From the NCBI GenBank assembly GCA_951406725.2, contig OX597820.1, positions 29,264,001 through 29,328,000 on the forward strand: a DNA stretch of 64,000 bases. Reading direction: 5' to 3'. Source of the stretch: Octopus vulgaris. Its lineage: Eukaryota. The position numbers and the translations under genes are program-made. The notes under the pieces are model-generated. The model was not told the DNA's origin. It was given only the letters and a program-made list of their open reading frames with translations, and did not search any database. Shown here one piece after another: positions 51,344 through 63,024 of this stretch. Numbering within the stretch: the stretch's first letter is position 1; each line of letters starts with the position of its first letter.

Positions 51344-52026
51344 CTGAAACAGAGCAGATTTTTTTTACAATATTCAAAATTTACAATAATATCATAAAAC
51401 ATTTAATTCATAATTAATTCAAATTTAATTCATTGTCCATTCTGCTGGGTGGTTGGTGTTAGGAGGGACACCCAGCCTGGTGCAGAAGCCTGGTGCATTT
51501 TTCAACTGGTCAGCTGCTGTCAAACTATCTAACCCATGTCAGCATGGAAGGCAGATCTCAGAGGTATGAAATGCAGAGCTAACCTAAGCAGGATTTGAAC
51601 TCAGAATGTAAAGATGTAGAACAAATACTGATTTCAAAATTTGGCACAATGCCAGCAATTTCAGGGGAAAGGTTTAGTTGATTACATCGTGCCCAGTGCT
51701 CAACTGGTACTTACTTTATTGACCCCGCCAAAAGAATGAAAGGCAAAGTCAATCTCAGCAGAATTTGAACTCAGAATGTAAAGATGGACAAAATGTCACT
51801 AAGCATTTTGTCTGGTGTGCTAACAGTTCTGCCAGCTCGCCATCCACATAGAATCAATACTGCGAGACATTTTTCCCAATATTCTAACAAGTTCTGCCAA
51901 GTTGCTGCTTTTGAAGAGAATAAAACAATGAAACAACAAATCAATTTTAACCAAAATAAAAATTTGTCTGACTCAAGCAAGCATGGAAAAGTGAGTATTA
52001 AAACAATGATGATGATAACAACTTAC

Positions 52027-52117
52027 TGTTTGGCGTCACCTTGACATATCTCCAATGTTGGGTCATTATAAAAGAATGTAGCATCCCACTGCTCATCAAT
52101 GCAGACACGATAGATTT
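52027..52117 (-). CDS. TAF2: TAF2 exon 4
   Basis: KIYRVCIDEQWDATFFYNDPTLEICQGDAK. Confidence 0.92.
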
Positions 52118-52586
52118 CTGTGTAATGTTAAAGAAGATAAACAGTTTTTTTCTTAAATTTCAGACCTTGTGTTTTAAAGAATGTGCTAAGAAGAATGTAT
52201 GATTCATTGGAGGAAAGACAAGTAGTCTGCCAATTGATAACAAGCATGGTTGTGTGCAAAGCAAACTTCTTAAGCACAAAGTTTTGGGTTCAATTCCATT
52301 ACACAGCATGTTGGATAATCATTTTTCTTACCATAGCTTCCAGTTGACCAAAGCCTTGTGAATAGAATTCAGTAAATGGGAAGTTGTGTAGAAGCCAGCT
52401 TGTCAAATATTTATTTGTTTAACAATCTATTTTCCCATGCTAGTAAGGGTTGGATCGTATGTTGGTTCAGGTTCAGTCCCACTGCATGGTACCTTGGGCA
52501 AGTACCTTCTACTATGGCCAAGGTTGTCTAAAACCTTGTGAGTGGATCTGATAAGCAGAAACTGAAAGAAACCTGCTGTATATGAG

Positions 52587-52620
<34 letters not shown>

Positions 52621-53809
52621 TGTGCCTTTGTCTTGACATCACAGGATAGCTGTGAATGAGACTCACAATCACAGAAACAGATAACATAGCATAGAAGTGA
52701 TGTTTTCTGTTTCAAACCTTCAGTAGAAAACATGTCTGGCCTCGGGGAAATATTACCTTGCTTGGAAACAAATGAAGGTTGGTGAAAGGAACAGCATCTA
52801 GCCACAGGGACCATGAAACCTCATGGTTGGGAAGCAAACTTTTAAACCACACAGTCACACCTGTATCAATGCATGTATATATTTATATAAATTCATGGGA
52901 CTGCATGTCATCACAAGCACATTTGTTTTGGGGTAGAATCAAATTCTGCCCAAGCAGTCATGTTTGTTTCCACACGTGATGTCATCAATGTATATTCGTT
53001 TACAATACTGATATTCATATTGAATATATAGTGATATGACTGAAATATTCAATTGCTACCAGTGGGGTGTATATATCTATGTAAATTTACAAATTTTAAA
53101 CCCAGACTAAGGTTTAGTAACTAAGAAGCATGCTGTTATTTGGACCTGTTGTTTTGGAGCGAAAGAAAAATGTAACTTATCTGTGAATGTGGATCTTTTC
53201 GGTTTGAACGGCAGTTTTTTCTAGCGGTGTCATATGAAATTGTCACCCATAATTATGACCCTTGTATCAATCTATTGCATTTCAATCTGTTTTAGGGTTA
53301 GGGTATCTTTTTTCTTCACAAATGTAAATAAACCCAATTTGTTTCTTGAACAAGGGACATATTCACACAGCACAGAATGTTTTTTACCTCAATACACATC
53401 ATTGATTGGTGGAAATTTCAGAAATTGAAGAAAAAAAACAACAAATATCTTACAAACTATAGAATTTTCTCAATAAAGCCAAGAGAAAAAGATGTTTTAT
53501 AAACATATTCTACCAGTATACGAAGTTTAAAATTTTTTAGTTACCTAGAAATTATGTTAAAAACTGCCGTTCAAACCGAAAAGATCCGTGAATGTACACA
53601 GCACAGGCTCAGGAACTGGAGGTGCAAGTGCACTCCCTAAAATTTTGTTGGTGTAATGAAAATGCTTTGAACCTCCTCCTGAAAAACTGAGTATGTACCC
53701 ACTAAGCAAATTTTGTTCCTGCAACACAGTATAGGGGACAAAATTAGTAAGAAAAGATAAGTGTCACAAATGTTGTCATGGCTGTTTGAGCTTATTGTTT
53801 AAAGGATAC
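52118..53809 (-). other. U12-type (minor spliceosome) GT-AG intron, TAF2 intron 3
   Basis: 5' splice site GTATCCTTT (53801-53809); branch site TTCTTTAAC (52127-52135) followed only by ATTACACAG, with no polypyrimidine tract between them. Confidence 0.88.
53191..53587. mobile_element. MITE with 29-bp TIR and 8-bp TSD (Merlin- or hAT-like), inside U12 intron 3
   Basis: Perfect TIR GGATCTTTTCGGTTTGAACGGCAGTTTTT; TSD GTGAATGT on both sides. Confidence 0.88.
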
Positions 53810-53882
53810 TACTCTGTGAACTGTTAAGTTTAACACAATAGACATCAGGCTTCAGGGGATGGAGGGTCAGTTCGACATAACC
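53810..53882 (-). CDS. TAF2: TAF2 exon 3
   Basis: GYVELTLHPLKPDVYCVKLNSSQS; followed by U12-type donor GTATCCTTT. Confidence 0.9.
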
Positions 53883-54624
53883 CTGAAAAGAAAAGGAAAC
53901 AAAGATGTTTTAAAAGGTTGTATTGTAAGTTTATAACAGAATGAAAGGATATGAAAATAACATGACATGATGTAACTTAACTACAGAGGTAAGATAGGGT
54001 TCAATAGATAAGATAATGAGCTAGTGGTTAAATGAGATGTGAGATCATATACCCTGAAGGTTCTGGTAACAGGGTTTTTTTTACCTTATTCCCCAGATTA
54101 GAATCTGTATAAAAATGCTTTGATTTATGTAAGATATGGGTAATGAATGTGAAGAAGCAGAGAAGGCAGGAGAGCAAGATGCCAGCAGATAAAAGCTTTC
54201 TCTGGGCTGGATTAGTTTTTAGGAATTCACCAGCTCTACATGGTCATACTACTTGCTAACAATAGCAGTCAAGAATCCTTTGAATCACAATTTATTGTCT
54301 AGGAAAAGGACATATTGAATAACATGGTCCCGGGTGTCTAGCATATAGGGAAAAGATGGGAAATTCAAAGCTAGAAGGCTTTAGGTCATAGGACTGCTCA
54401 TTCAGATCTGACCTGAGATTTAACAACCATAACAACAAAACCATGATTGCTCATTCAAGAAGCTGACATGTCACTCTTTGGGACTGCAATACTTCAATAG
54501 AAATGTAAAAACAATATTTAACTCTTTTGATGCTAACTTGTCTGAGACGGCCTTGATTCTAGGATATAAACTTTCTGTTTAAAAGTTATCTAAATTAAAA
54601 CCTTCCCTCAAAACTTCATGTTAA

Positions 54625-54843
54625 CCCTTTATTTATTGTATTTATTTTGAGATGCTCTGTGTTTCAGTTACTTTAAATATAACAAAGAATTTAGTAAAAT
54701 AACTTGGTTATCATTCAGCTAGTGTTAGAAGCATAAATTGTGACTAAGGTTTGGTGAAAGATGATTTTAATTCAAATCTTATGAAAACAAGACATTTGTA
54801 CTCAGAGCCAGAGCTGATTTCAGCCGGGTTGGTAACAAAAGGG
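54625..54843. mobile_element. piggyBac-like MITE, same family as 17851
   Basis: TTAA-CCCTTT...AAAGGG-TTAA with matching internal sequence. Confidence 0.8.
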
Positions 54844-55080
54844 TTAATATATTGTACCGAACACCAGTTTAATATTCAACAATTTTGATACCAATCTGCC
54901 TGAGAACACCATTGGTTTCTATAATACAAACTTTCTCTGTTTTAAACTAATGTAAATCAAAACCTTCCATCAAATTTTCATGTTAACCAGTTTAATAATA
55001 ACAAGATTATTTTACTAAATTCTTCGTTATTTTCAAAATTAATTAAAACAAAGCAATGTATTTTAATGGTAATATGGTAA

Positions 55081-55385
55081 CATCGTTTAGCGTCTGCTTT
55101 CCATGCTAGCATGGGTTGGACGGTTCAACTGGGGTCTGGGAAGCCAGAAGGCTGCACCAGGTTCAGTCTGATCTGGCAATGTTTCTACGGCTGGATGCCC
55201 TTCCTAACGCCAACCACTCCGTGTGTGTAGTGGGTGCTTTTTACATGCCACCGGCACAGGGGCCAGGCGAAGCTGGCAATGGCCACGAACGGATGGTGCT
55301 TTTTACGTGCCACTGGCACGAGGCCAGTCAGGGCAGCGCTGGTAATGGCCACGTTCGAAAGGTTCTCTTACATGCCACCGGCATG
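55081..55385 (-). mobile_element. RTE 3'-end fragment
   Basis: Same tail, reverse orientation. Confidence 0.8.
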
Positions 55386-55926
55386 GTAACAAAAAGATTA
55401 AATAAAATTAAGCATTTCTAACATAAGGCTGGAAATGTTTTTGGCCAATGAAAATAACTCCAGTACTTGACTGTTACTTTATTTTCACTGATACCAAAAG
55501 ACTGAAAAGCAAGTTGACTTTGGCAGGATATGAACTCAAAATGTAAAGAGCAGGAACAAATAAAGCAAATCATTTTTTTTTCTGAAGCTGTAATTGACTA
55601 AGCCAATCTGCTGCCCTTAATTTTTTAGCATTCAGACTATTCTGTCAAAAGTAATGCTTATTTAGTTATACTGTTTTGGGTTTATCATGCATTTTGAATG
55701 ATGTAATTGTTTGCTTTTAGAATGACATTGTAGGATAGGTGTGAGAGGCCAGATCTGGCTGGTTTGAACTTAAAACAGGTAGAACATTTGGGACAGATAT
55801 GACCGGCTTAAACACCAAAGGGTTATGCTAGCCTAACCTGGTCAAAGTATTCTACCTGTTTTACATTCAAACTGGCCATGTCAAACTTCTCATACCTTCC
55901 CTACAATGTCATTCTAAAAATAAACA

Positions 55927-56395
55927 ATCATCATCATCATCATTTACCATCCGTTTTCCATGCTAGCATGGGTCTGGGAAGCCAGGAGGCTGCACCAGGC
56001 TCCAGATCTGGCAGTGTTTCTACAGCTGGATGCCCTTCCTAATGCCAACCACTCCGTGAGTGTAGTGGGTGCTTTTTATGTGCCACTGGCACAGGTGCCA
56101 GGGGAGGCTGGCAACGGCCACAATTGGTTGGTGCTTTTTACATGCCACCAGCACAGAAGCCAGTGAAGGCGGCGCTGGCATTGGCCACATTCGGACGGTG
56201 CTTTTTACGTGCCACTGGCACGGGTATCACAACTACGATTTCCATTTGATTTTTATTTTGATGTTGATATACTCGACTCAATAGGTCTCCTCAAGCACAG
56301 CAGGTCACCCTACGATCCAAGGTAAGCATAGCAGGCCATCCTGCGATCCAAGGCACTTTGGATGGTCTGGGGCTGCTATGTGAAGCTGGTGCAGG
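55927..56395 (-). mobile_element. RTE 3'-end fragment
   Basis: Same tail; further copies near 18273, 27685, 37679, 48443 and 50714. Confidence 0.78.
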
Positions 56396-56775
56396 AAATC
56401 ATCAAAATCTCGAAGCTAAAAGATAATGCATGATAAGTCAGAAATGATGTAAAAAAATAAGCATTACATTTGACAATTTAAATAACAAAGGATTAAATAA
56501 ATAATTGCTTCTGAATTAAACACAATGCCAGCAATTTTGAAGGGAGGGAATTTAGTCAATACTGTCGACCAAGTACTTAACTGGTACTTTATTTTATCAA
56601 ACCCCAAAAGGATGAAAGTCAAAGTTGATCATCATGGGATTTGAACTTAAAACATAAAGTGTCCGATAAAATAACACAAGGCATTTTGTTTGATGCTCTA
56701 ACGATTCTGCTAATCCACTGTCTTTAAACAAATAATTAGAATAAAAAGAAAAAAAAAAAACAAGGGAGAACTTAC

Positions 56776-56828
56776 AATGAGAGACTGAGTTTCAAAGTTA
56801 ATCCCTGTGATGCATAAGGTTTGGTGAG
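56776..56828 (-). CDS. TAF2: TAF2 exon 2
   Basis: (S)HQTLCITGINFETQSLI; polypyrimidine tract plus ctacag acceptor, GTAAGT donor. Confidence 0.88.
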
Positions 56829-57286
56829 CTGTAGAAGAAATAGAGAAATAAAAAAATATTGAAATGGATTGTTCCAGACATAGCTAAACATTGACTTTAC
56901 ATACAATTTCAAAGACATTGTGAAGCTTGAATCATCAACATCATCATTGATTTACAGTGGAAGTGAAGAACCTGTAGTCTTCTGAAAGAAATATGATGCT
57001 GAAGGAAAAATCAATATATTGGAATATAATTTTATGGATTCAGTCTTATGTAAAGCCTTTTTTTAAAAAAAAAACTAATTGGGAAATTTTAGAAACATCT
57101 ATTAACATTTCTTATCTACATTTGGAATTACTTTTTTTAAAACAATCACAATTGTGTTTGACCCTTAAGTAATGAAAAAGGTTGCAAAGCAGGCAAAAAA
57201 AAATCTTTTCTCCTTAAAAGTAATTTTTATACTTATTTTCACCTTAATTAAGTACAGAAACTTAAAAAATGATGTTTTAATTCACT

Positions 57287-58076
57287 TCTATATATATAAA
57301 ACTCAACTTGTGTGTCTGTGTGTTTAACTTCCCGGCACATCTCCTCCTAGCCAACAAATCGTAGAACCACCAAAAATGGGTCACTTAAAGTTTAGGCAAA
57401 TGAAAATTGAACTGCGTTATTTCTGTTCCGAAATTCATCTCGCAAGTGCAAAAATCGATAATGTGTTTGTTTAGGCCTTATCCCATGCATTGAATAGTGA
57501 ACTTTACTCAGTCAGCTGTTTGACGTGAACTGTGTTCACCACGCGTGCAAGCATGCGTAAATTGCATGAAAAATAAAAAATCAAGATATAAAAACGAATC
57601 GCCGTAAACATTGTAGAAATTCAACAAAGAAATGAATTTTCGGGATGTAGCCTGGAGGGTTTTTTCGTATTAATCATTTGGACTTTGTGAACACATACCA
57701 ATTGTTTTCGTAACATTTTTAACACTTTGAATTAAATGTGACCATTTTGCGTTGAGTCTGCAGTTTGAATCACTTTAACCAAATTTTAGGAGGCCGGATT
57801 TTTGATCATCACGACTCCCTGAAACTCTCCCCTGAAATCCCCGTTGAGAAATACTGATCTAAAAGAATAATTCAACAATGCAATTATTTGATCAACAAAA
57901 ATTTATGAAACGCTTCTACGTACTTCCTATTGAGGAAATGGAACACATAAGCGCAAAAATAGAGGTCATTAAATGCTTGATTTTAAAACCAAAATAATAG
58001 AATTTTGATTGAACTTCATCCAAGTTTAGCTTAATTCGCGCGTGCATATAACGCACGAGCCAGGCAATACTGCTAG
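57287..58076 (+). mobile_element. Non-autonomous Helitron-like element
   Basis: TCTATATATATAAA start; hairpin CGTGC-ATATAAC-GCACG; GGCAATACTGCTAG end identical to that of the 28813 element. Confidence 0.68.
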
Positions 58077-58774
58077 CAGATTATAAAACTAAAGACAAAA
58101 GGGCAATAAAATCTTTTGAGATTCCCGCAATGTTGCTGTCGAAAGAATGTACAAATGGAGAAAAACTATAGTCGAAGCATCACTTCTGTGCTATCTAGAA
58201 CATCATCATCATCCTCATCATCAACATTATCATCTACTTCATCTGATGAAGGAAAGTCAGAAAAACTTCTCCATCACAGTATAAATTCTTCAATTTGCAA
58301 CTTGATTTTTCCCATTTATAAGGACCATAAATTATGCTTAGGCAAATTTGAAAGTTGTGCACCTAGTCTGGAGGAAATAGTTATGAACAAAGTCTGGAAG
58401 AAGCAGCTGTGCATCTAGTCTGGAGAAGAGGCTGTGTAAATGATCTAAAGGGATTGTGCACCTAGTCTAGAGGAAGGGGTCATGCATCTGGTCTAGAGGT
58501 GCACAGGCCCTTCATCTGAATTCTGAGAATTTTCTCCCTCTATCAACTAATAGGCTGGTGCTGGTTCCATGAAAAAAAATCACATGCCGATGCCACGTAA
58601 AAAGCACTCAGTACACTTTGCAAAGTGGCTGGCATTTGGAAGGGCATCCAGCTGTAGAAACCATGCTAAAACAGACAAGTGGAGCCTGATGCGGATCTCC
58701 GGCTTGCCAGCTCCTGTCAAACCATCCAACCTATGTAGGCGTAGAAAATAGATATATGATGATGATACAATCTT

Positions 58775-59133
58775 CACTCTTTTACTTGTTTCAGTCATTT
58801 GACTGCGGTCATGCTGGAGCACCGCTTTTTGTCAAGCAAATCGACCCCAGGACTTAGTCTTTGTAAGCCTAGTACTTATGTTGTTACGGGGACGTAAACA
58901 CACGACCATCGGTTATCAAGCGATGGTGGCGGGACAAACACAGACACACAAACATATATATAAATACATATATACGACAGGCTTCCTTCAGTTTCCGTCT
59001 ACCAAATCCAGTCACAAGGCTTTGGTCAGCCTGAGGCTATAGTAGAAGACACTTGCCCAAGGTGCCACGCAGTGGGACTGAACCTGGAACCATGTGGTTG
59101 GTAAGCAAGCTACTTACCACATAGCCACTCTTG
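58775..59133 (-). mobile_element. SINE family A
   Basis: Reverse-complement match. Confidence 0.8.
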
Positions 59134-59772
59134 TGTCTATCATAATGATTTTTTTGTTTTGTTTTAGTTGTATATATTAAAAAAAAACAGTTTGTAACAA
59201 GAAGAAAAATTTCTAACATAAAGACAAGACCACAAATACCAAGAGATATTAACGATGATTTATAAGGTAGCGAATCAGTGTCAGGTACATTGTCTCACAG
59301 TATTCATTCCAGGTGTGTTCAAATACCACCAAGGTCAACTTTGCCCATCATGCTTTTAAGGTTTATAAATAAAGTACCACTCCACTACTAGGATAAATTC
59401 TTCCCTCCCACCTCTCTTTCTGGAAGAATCAGCCATAGAGTCACAGTCAGACCAAGTGAGAGATGAGCCTCACCAGGTACAAAAATATCCAAGATGCTCT
59501 ATGCTATGATGGCACCGCTAGCCATGGCAGCTGAAACCAGTTCAAGGAGGTTATGGTTGATATGACACCACAGATGGAACCATTCTGCAGGTGAAAACTA
59601 ATTCAGTCTTTGCTGCTCTAGTCAAGCAAAGTGGGGAGAATGCTTGTGACACTGAGATACCTACTAAAGATACAAAAGGGTTTCCAAAATTGCAATAGCT
59701 TTAGTGACCATCAGAAAAGCTTGCAATATCTTCAAGTAGCTACTGCAGTTTCTGCATACGACAAAATATCTT

Positions 59773-60018
59773 GGTACTATTTAAGAAGAGTGGTCCCGAT
59801 GCGCGCACTCGCGCGTCCGCGTTGGCTAGTCGTGACTAGTCGATCCTTACTTTGTGTTTTATTTACTGTTTTAAAAAATGTATTCACTTGTGTAAAAAAA
59901 TTATTTATTTTGTGTTTTATTTACTTTGCTAGGTAGTCGTTGTAGGAATGATTGGTCACGACTAGCTACCGCGGATGCGCGAGTGCGCGCACCGGGATCA
60001 CTCTTCTTAAATAGTACC
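59773..60018. mobile_element. Fold-back MITE with ~70-bp TIRs and 8-bp TSD (Merlin- or hAT-like)
   Basis: TIR GGTACTATTTAAGAAGAGTG...; TSD AATATCTT on both sides. Confidence 0.88.
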
Positions 60019-60520
60019 AATATCTTAGATGTTTATTTTTCCAGATTTTGAGAGCACATAGCAAAACATAATGGATTACATCTCAGTACTTTATTAGTAT
60101 TTATTTACTGACTTCCAGAGGGGAAGAAAGGCAAAATCGACCTCGTTGGGATTCGAACTCGGAACTTTACAGAGAGTAAACTTGTTTAATTAAATGTGGT
60201 GGTCTACCTATTCTACCACCCACTAATACAAAAAAGTGAGAAAGATCAACATGATTTGCACATGAGGAGTGGCCGCTCCATCAACAACATGAATAACATT
60301 AATTAGTTATTGATCAATTATTCAAACACTTAGCAGCTTGAGTTTATGGATAATGAAAGAGTATACAACAGAGCATATCTGTCTCTAAGTAGTGCAGTGG
60401 AAGTTTATTAGCCGGCTCCGTGCTGAATAATCAAATTACACGACAAATGTAAACAAGAATAATGTCGTCAAAGTTTGGATTCTTTCAACTAAAGCACAAA
60501 CGATCGCGTCAGTAATGCTC

Positions 60521-60715
60521 TCTTTACTCTCTTTTACTTGTTTCAGTCATTTGACTGCGGCCATGCTGGAGCACCGCCTTTAGTCGAGCAAATCGACCCC
60601 GGGACTTATTCTTTGTAAGCCCAGTACTTATTCTATCGGTCTCTTTTGCCGAACCGCTAATTGACGGGGACGTAAACACACCAGCATCGGTTGTCAAGCA
60701 ATGCTAGGGGAACAA

Positions 60716-60778
<63 letters not shown>

Positions 60779-60939
60779 TACGATAGGCTTCTTTCAGTTT
60801 CCGTCTACCAAATCCACTCACAAGGCATTGGTCGGCCCAGGGCTATAGCAGAAGACACTTGCCCAAGGTGCCACGCAGTGGGACTGAACCCGGAACCATG
60901 CGGTTGGTTAGCAAGCTACTTACCACACATCCACTCCTG
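60521..60939 (-). mobile_element. SINE family A
   Basis: Full-length reverse copy; other copies near 10205, 19320-19820, 30540-30990 and 36817. Confidence 0.85.
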
Positions 60940-61232
60940 TGTTATTCTGAAAGGAATGATTACTTCAACATCAGATATTACTGATAAATCACAAGAGATG
61001 AAAAATACCCCTTGACCAAACAGATTAAGTTGATGAACTATGCAGGGCACACGCGGAAACAGCTGTTTCCGTTGAGAGTTTATCATTAGATTGATAGATT
61101 ATCGGCATTCTTTCTCTCTATCAACTTAAGTATATACGCATAACTACACAAGTGTGCCCCTCGACTTAGACCTTGTTTTTATGAAAAACAGAGTATAGAA
61201 GGGTGTTAAATTGTTTGTAATTTACTATAACT

Positions 61233-61352
61233 TTGTAGCATAGCTGATATCCTCACTGTTTGGGAGATATATTAGAAATGATCTCGTGTTATCTAACACG
61301 AGATCATTTCTAATATATCTCCCAAACAGTGAGGATATCAGCTTCGCTACAA
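61233..61352. repeat. Near-perfect palindrome with 50-bp perfect arms and a 2-nt spacer
   Basis: 61242-61291 is the exact reverse complement of 61294-61343; 7 more pairs follow a 2-nt mismatch. Confidence 0.92.
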
Positions 61353-61921
61353 CTTCAAAACTTGTCTCGAGACGCAAGCTTAATGTAAAATAGTAAACAA
61401 GAAGATTGCAAATGTGATCTATAGTCAATGATACAGACTCATGATAAAGTGTATGATTTGACTAGAAGGAAAGCAGCAAAACAGTTAAGATTCAAAACTG
61501 AGAATACACATGAAGGGGAAGACGAAAACACTGCAGAAAGCACTCTAGTTGAATCCTATGTATATTGATAAAATGCTTTAACTATAGATGTACTTTGTTT
61601 ATGCTTTCGATTTTATGTGTATTTAATCAAATAATTACAAATATACAGTATGGGTTATCATACTGGAAATTTTTGATCAGGTAACCCTTACATCGAGCAA
61701 CATTTGAGGTTTTTGAATCACAATGCTTAGTTATAACATAAAACATAATGAAAATTATACTCGATGCATGCACGTCTTGTTACGTCGACCAGTTTACAAA
61801 CAGATACTAAACATCGTGATTATTTAAGATGTATGCATTATACACGTATCTCTGTAGATTTATTTTCATAATTGGATTTTACTACAGTGCTTGTTACTGA
61901 TATATCTAGTTGAATACATAC

Positions 61922-61976
61922 ATAGTTTAAATTGCCGTGGTGGCTCGGTCTTGGATTCTTTCTTCGATTTCTGCAT
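61922..61976 (-). CDS. TAF2: TAF2 coding exon 1
   Basis: accATG; MQKSKKESKTEPPRQFKL resembles human RKKGDKGFESPRPYKL; donor T|GTATGT, phase 1 fits exon 2. Confidence 0.8.
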
Positions 61977-62964
61977 GGTAAAAACCTAAATACCCGCCGG
62001 TATGGAAGTGAAATAGTTATACATATAGGATGATAAATGGTAATAATAAACTCCAGATAAGCTGTGGCACATGTGAATAACAAACAACCGCTCAAGACAA
62101 AAAGTGTCGTTCGTTAATTGGCATAGCCTTAGTTTCGTAAAAGCCACATTTTCACACACATATATACATGTGTATATATATTTTAATCTACCGTTTGATT
62201 CAGTTTTGGTGTTTTCACTTTTATTTTCTACTACATATCAGATGAAAAAAATATTTAAAAGGAAATTATGAAGAAAGTATTTTATCGAAAGAATTTTTAA
62301 TTTCAGAGAAAATAAATATCGCATTCTCGTTTATTCTGTGGTAGAAAATATAAAAACTTTCTTAATTGTCCTTAAAATTGTGTCATTTTATAATAAGGAC
62401 TAAATAGAAATTATTAGAATAACCATTTCAAAACAAAAAAAAAATGTCATGGAATGAAAATGGTTTTAATTTATTTAATTTAAATCATTTTGAAATTAAA
62501 CCTGTTCTGTTGCTTTAAAAATTCCACGTACAGAAAATATCCAGTGCTTGGAAAACTTTAAGCAACAGATAAACACACGCACATGTAACAATTAACATAA
62601 TACATATACATATATATACAACTTATAAAAGTCTGCTGCTTTTGATTTTCTTTGCCATTTAAATAATTATCAATTTAAACGTTTTATAAAATTTAAATAT
62701 GCATTTATATTTTTTGAAGCTGATTAAAATTATGAAATGTGTAAGGCGAATATTTTGCAACTAGCTTTGCTAAGTGTACATTGTGATTTCGACGTTGACA
62801 GCTCAGCAAATGTAGCAGTGAGTGTGGCAGGCGGCTTCGCGATTTCCTTGCTGTTTAAATGTCTGTTTTTGCTGTTTTATTTAGTTTATGCCACTGCTTA
62901 GGAAAGCTGTTTTAGTTTGTAACATTTTATTCTAGCTGTGATTAGTTTAAATTCACCTGCCACA
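61977..62964. promoter_or_regulatory. Candidate bidirectional promoter and 5'UTRs between TAF2 and ARFGAP1
   Basis: Divergent start codons about 1 kb apart; no recognisable SINE/LINE in the interval; GC/CpG-richer patch at about 62790-62850. Transcription start sites cannot be located from sequence. Confidence 0.55.
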
Positions 62965-63024
62965 ATGGCTAGTCCGCGAACCAGAAGAGTCTTGAAAGAT
63001 CTCCATATAAAGGATGGAAATACT
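62965..63024 (+). CDS. ARFGAP1: ADP-ribosylation factor GTPase-activating protein 1, first coding exon
   Basis: gccacaATGG Kozak context; MASPRTRRVLKDLHIKDGNT matches the ARFGAP1 N-terminus MASPRTRKVLKEVRVQDENN; donor GTAAGA after codon 20. Confidence 0.88.

Larger units (their letters stand above)
2467..61976 (-). other. TAF2: TAF2 gene span (TFIID subunit 2, M1-aminopeptidase-like fold), 30 coding exons in window, 3' end beyond window start
   Basis: Spliced translation matches metazoan TAF2 throughout (e.g. [52 protein letters not shown]). All 29 introns are GT-AG and phases are consistent over 4138 nt. Confidence 0.95.

Noticed and set aside
61245-61256. ATATCCT resembling a U12 AT-AC donor
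   Set aside because: Lies within the palindrome arm with no adjoining exon
62623-62658. Alternative TAF2 first exon MAKKIKSSRLL
   Set aside because: In-frame TAA precedes the donor and the phase does not fit exon 2; 61922-61976 fits both homology and phase
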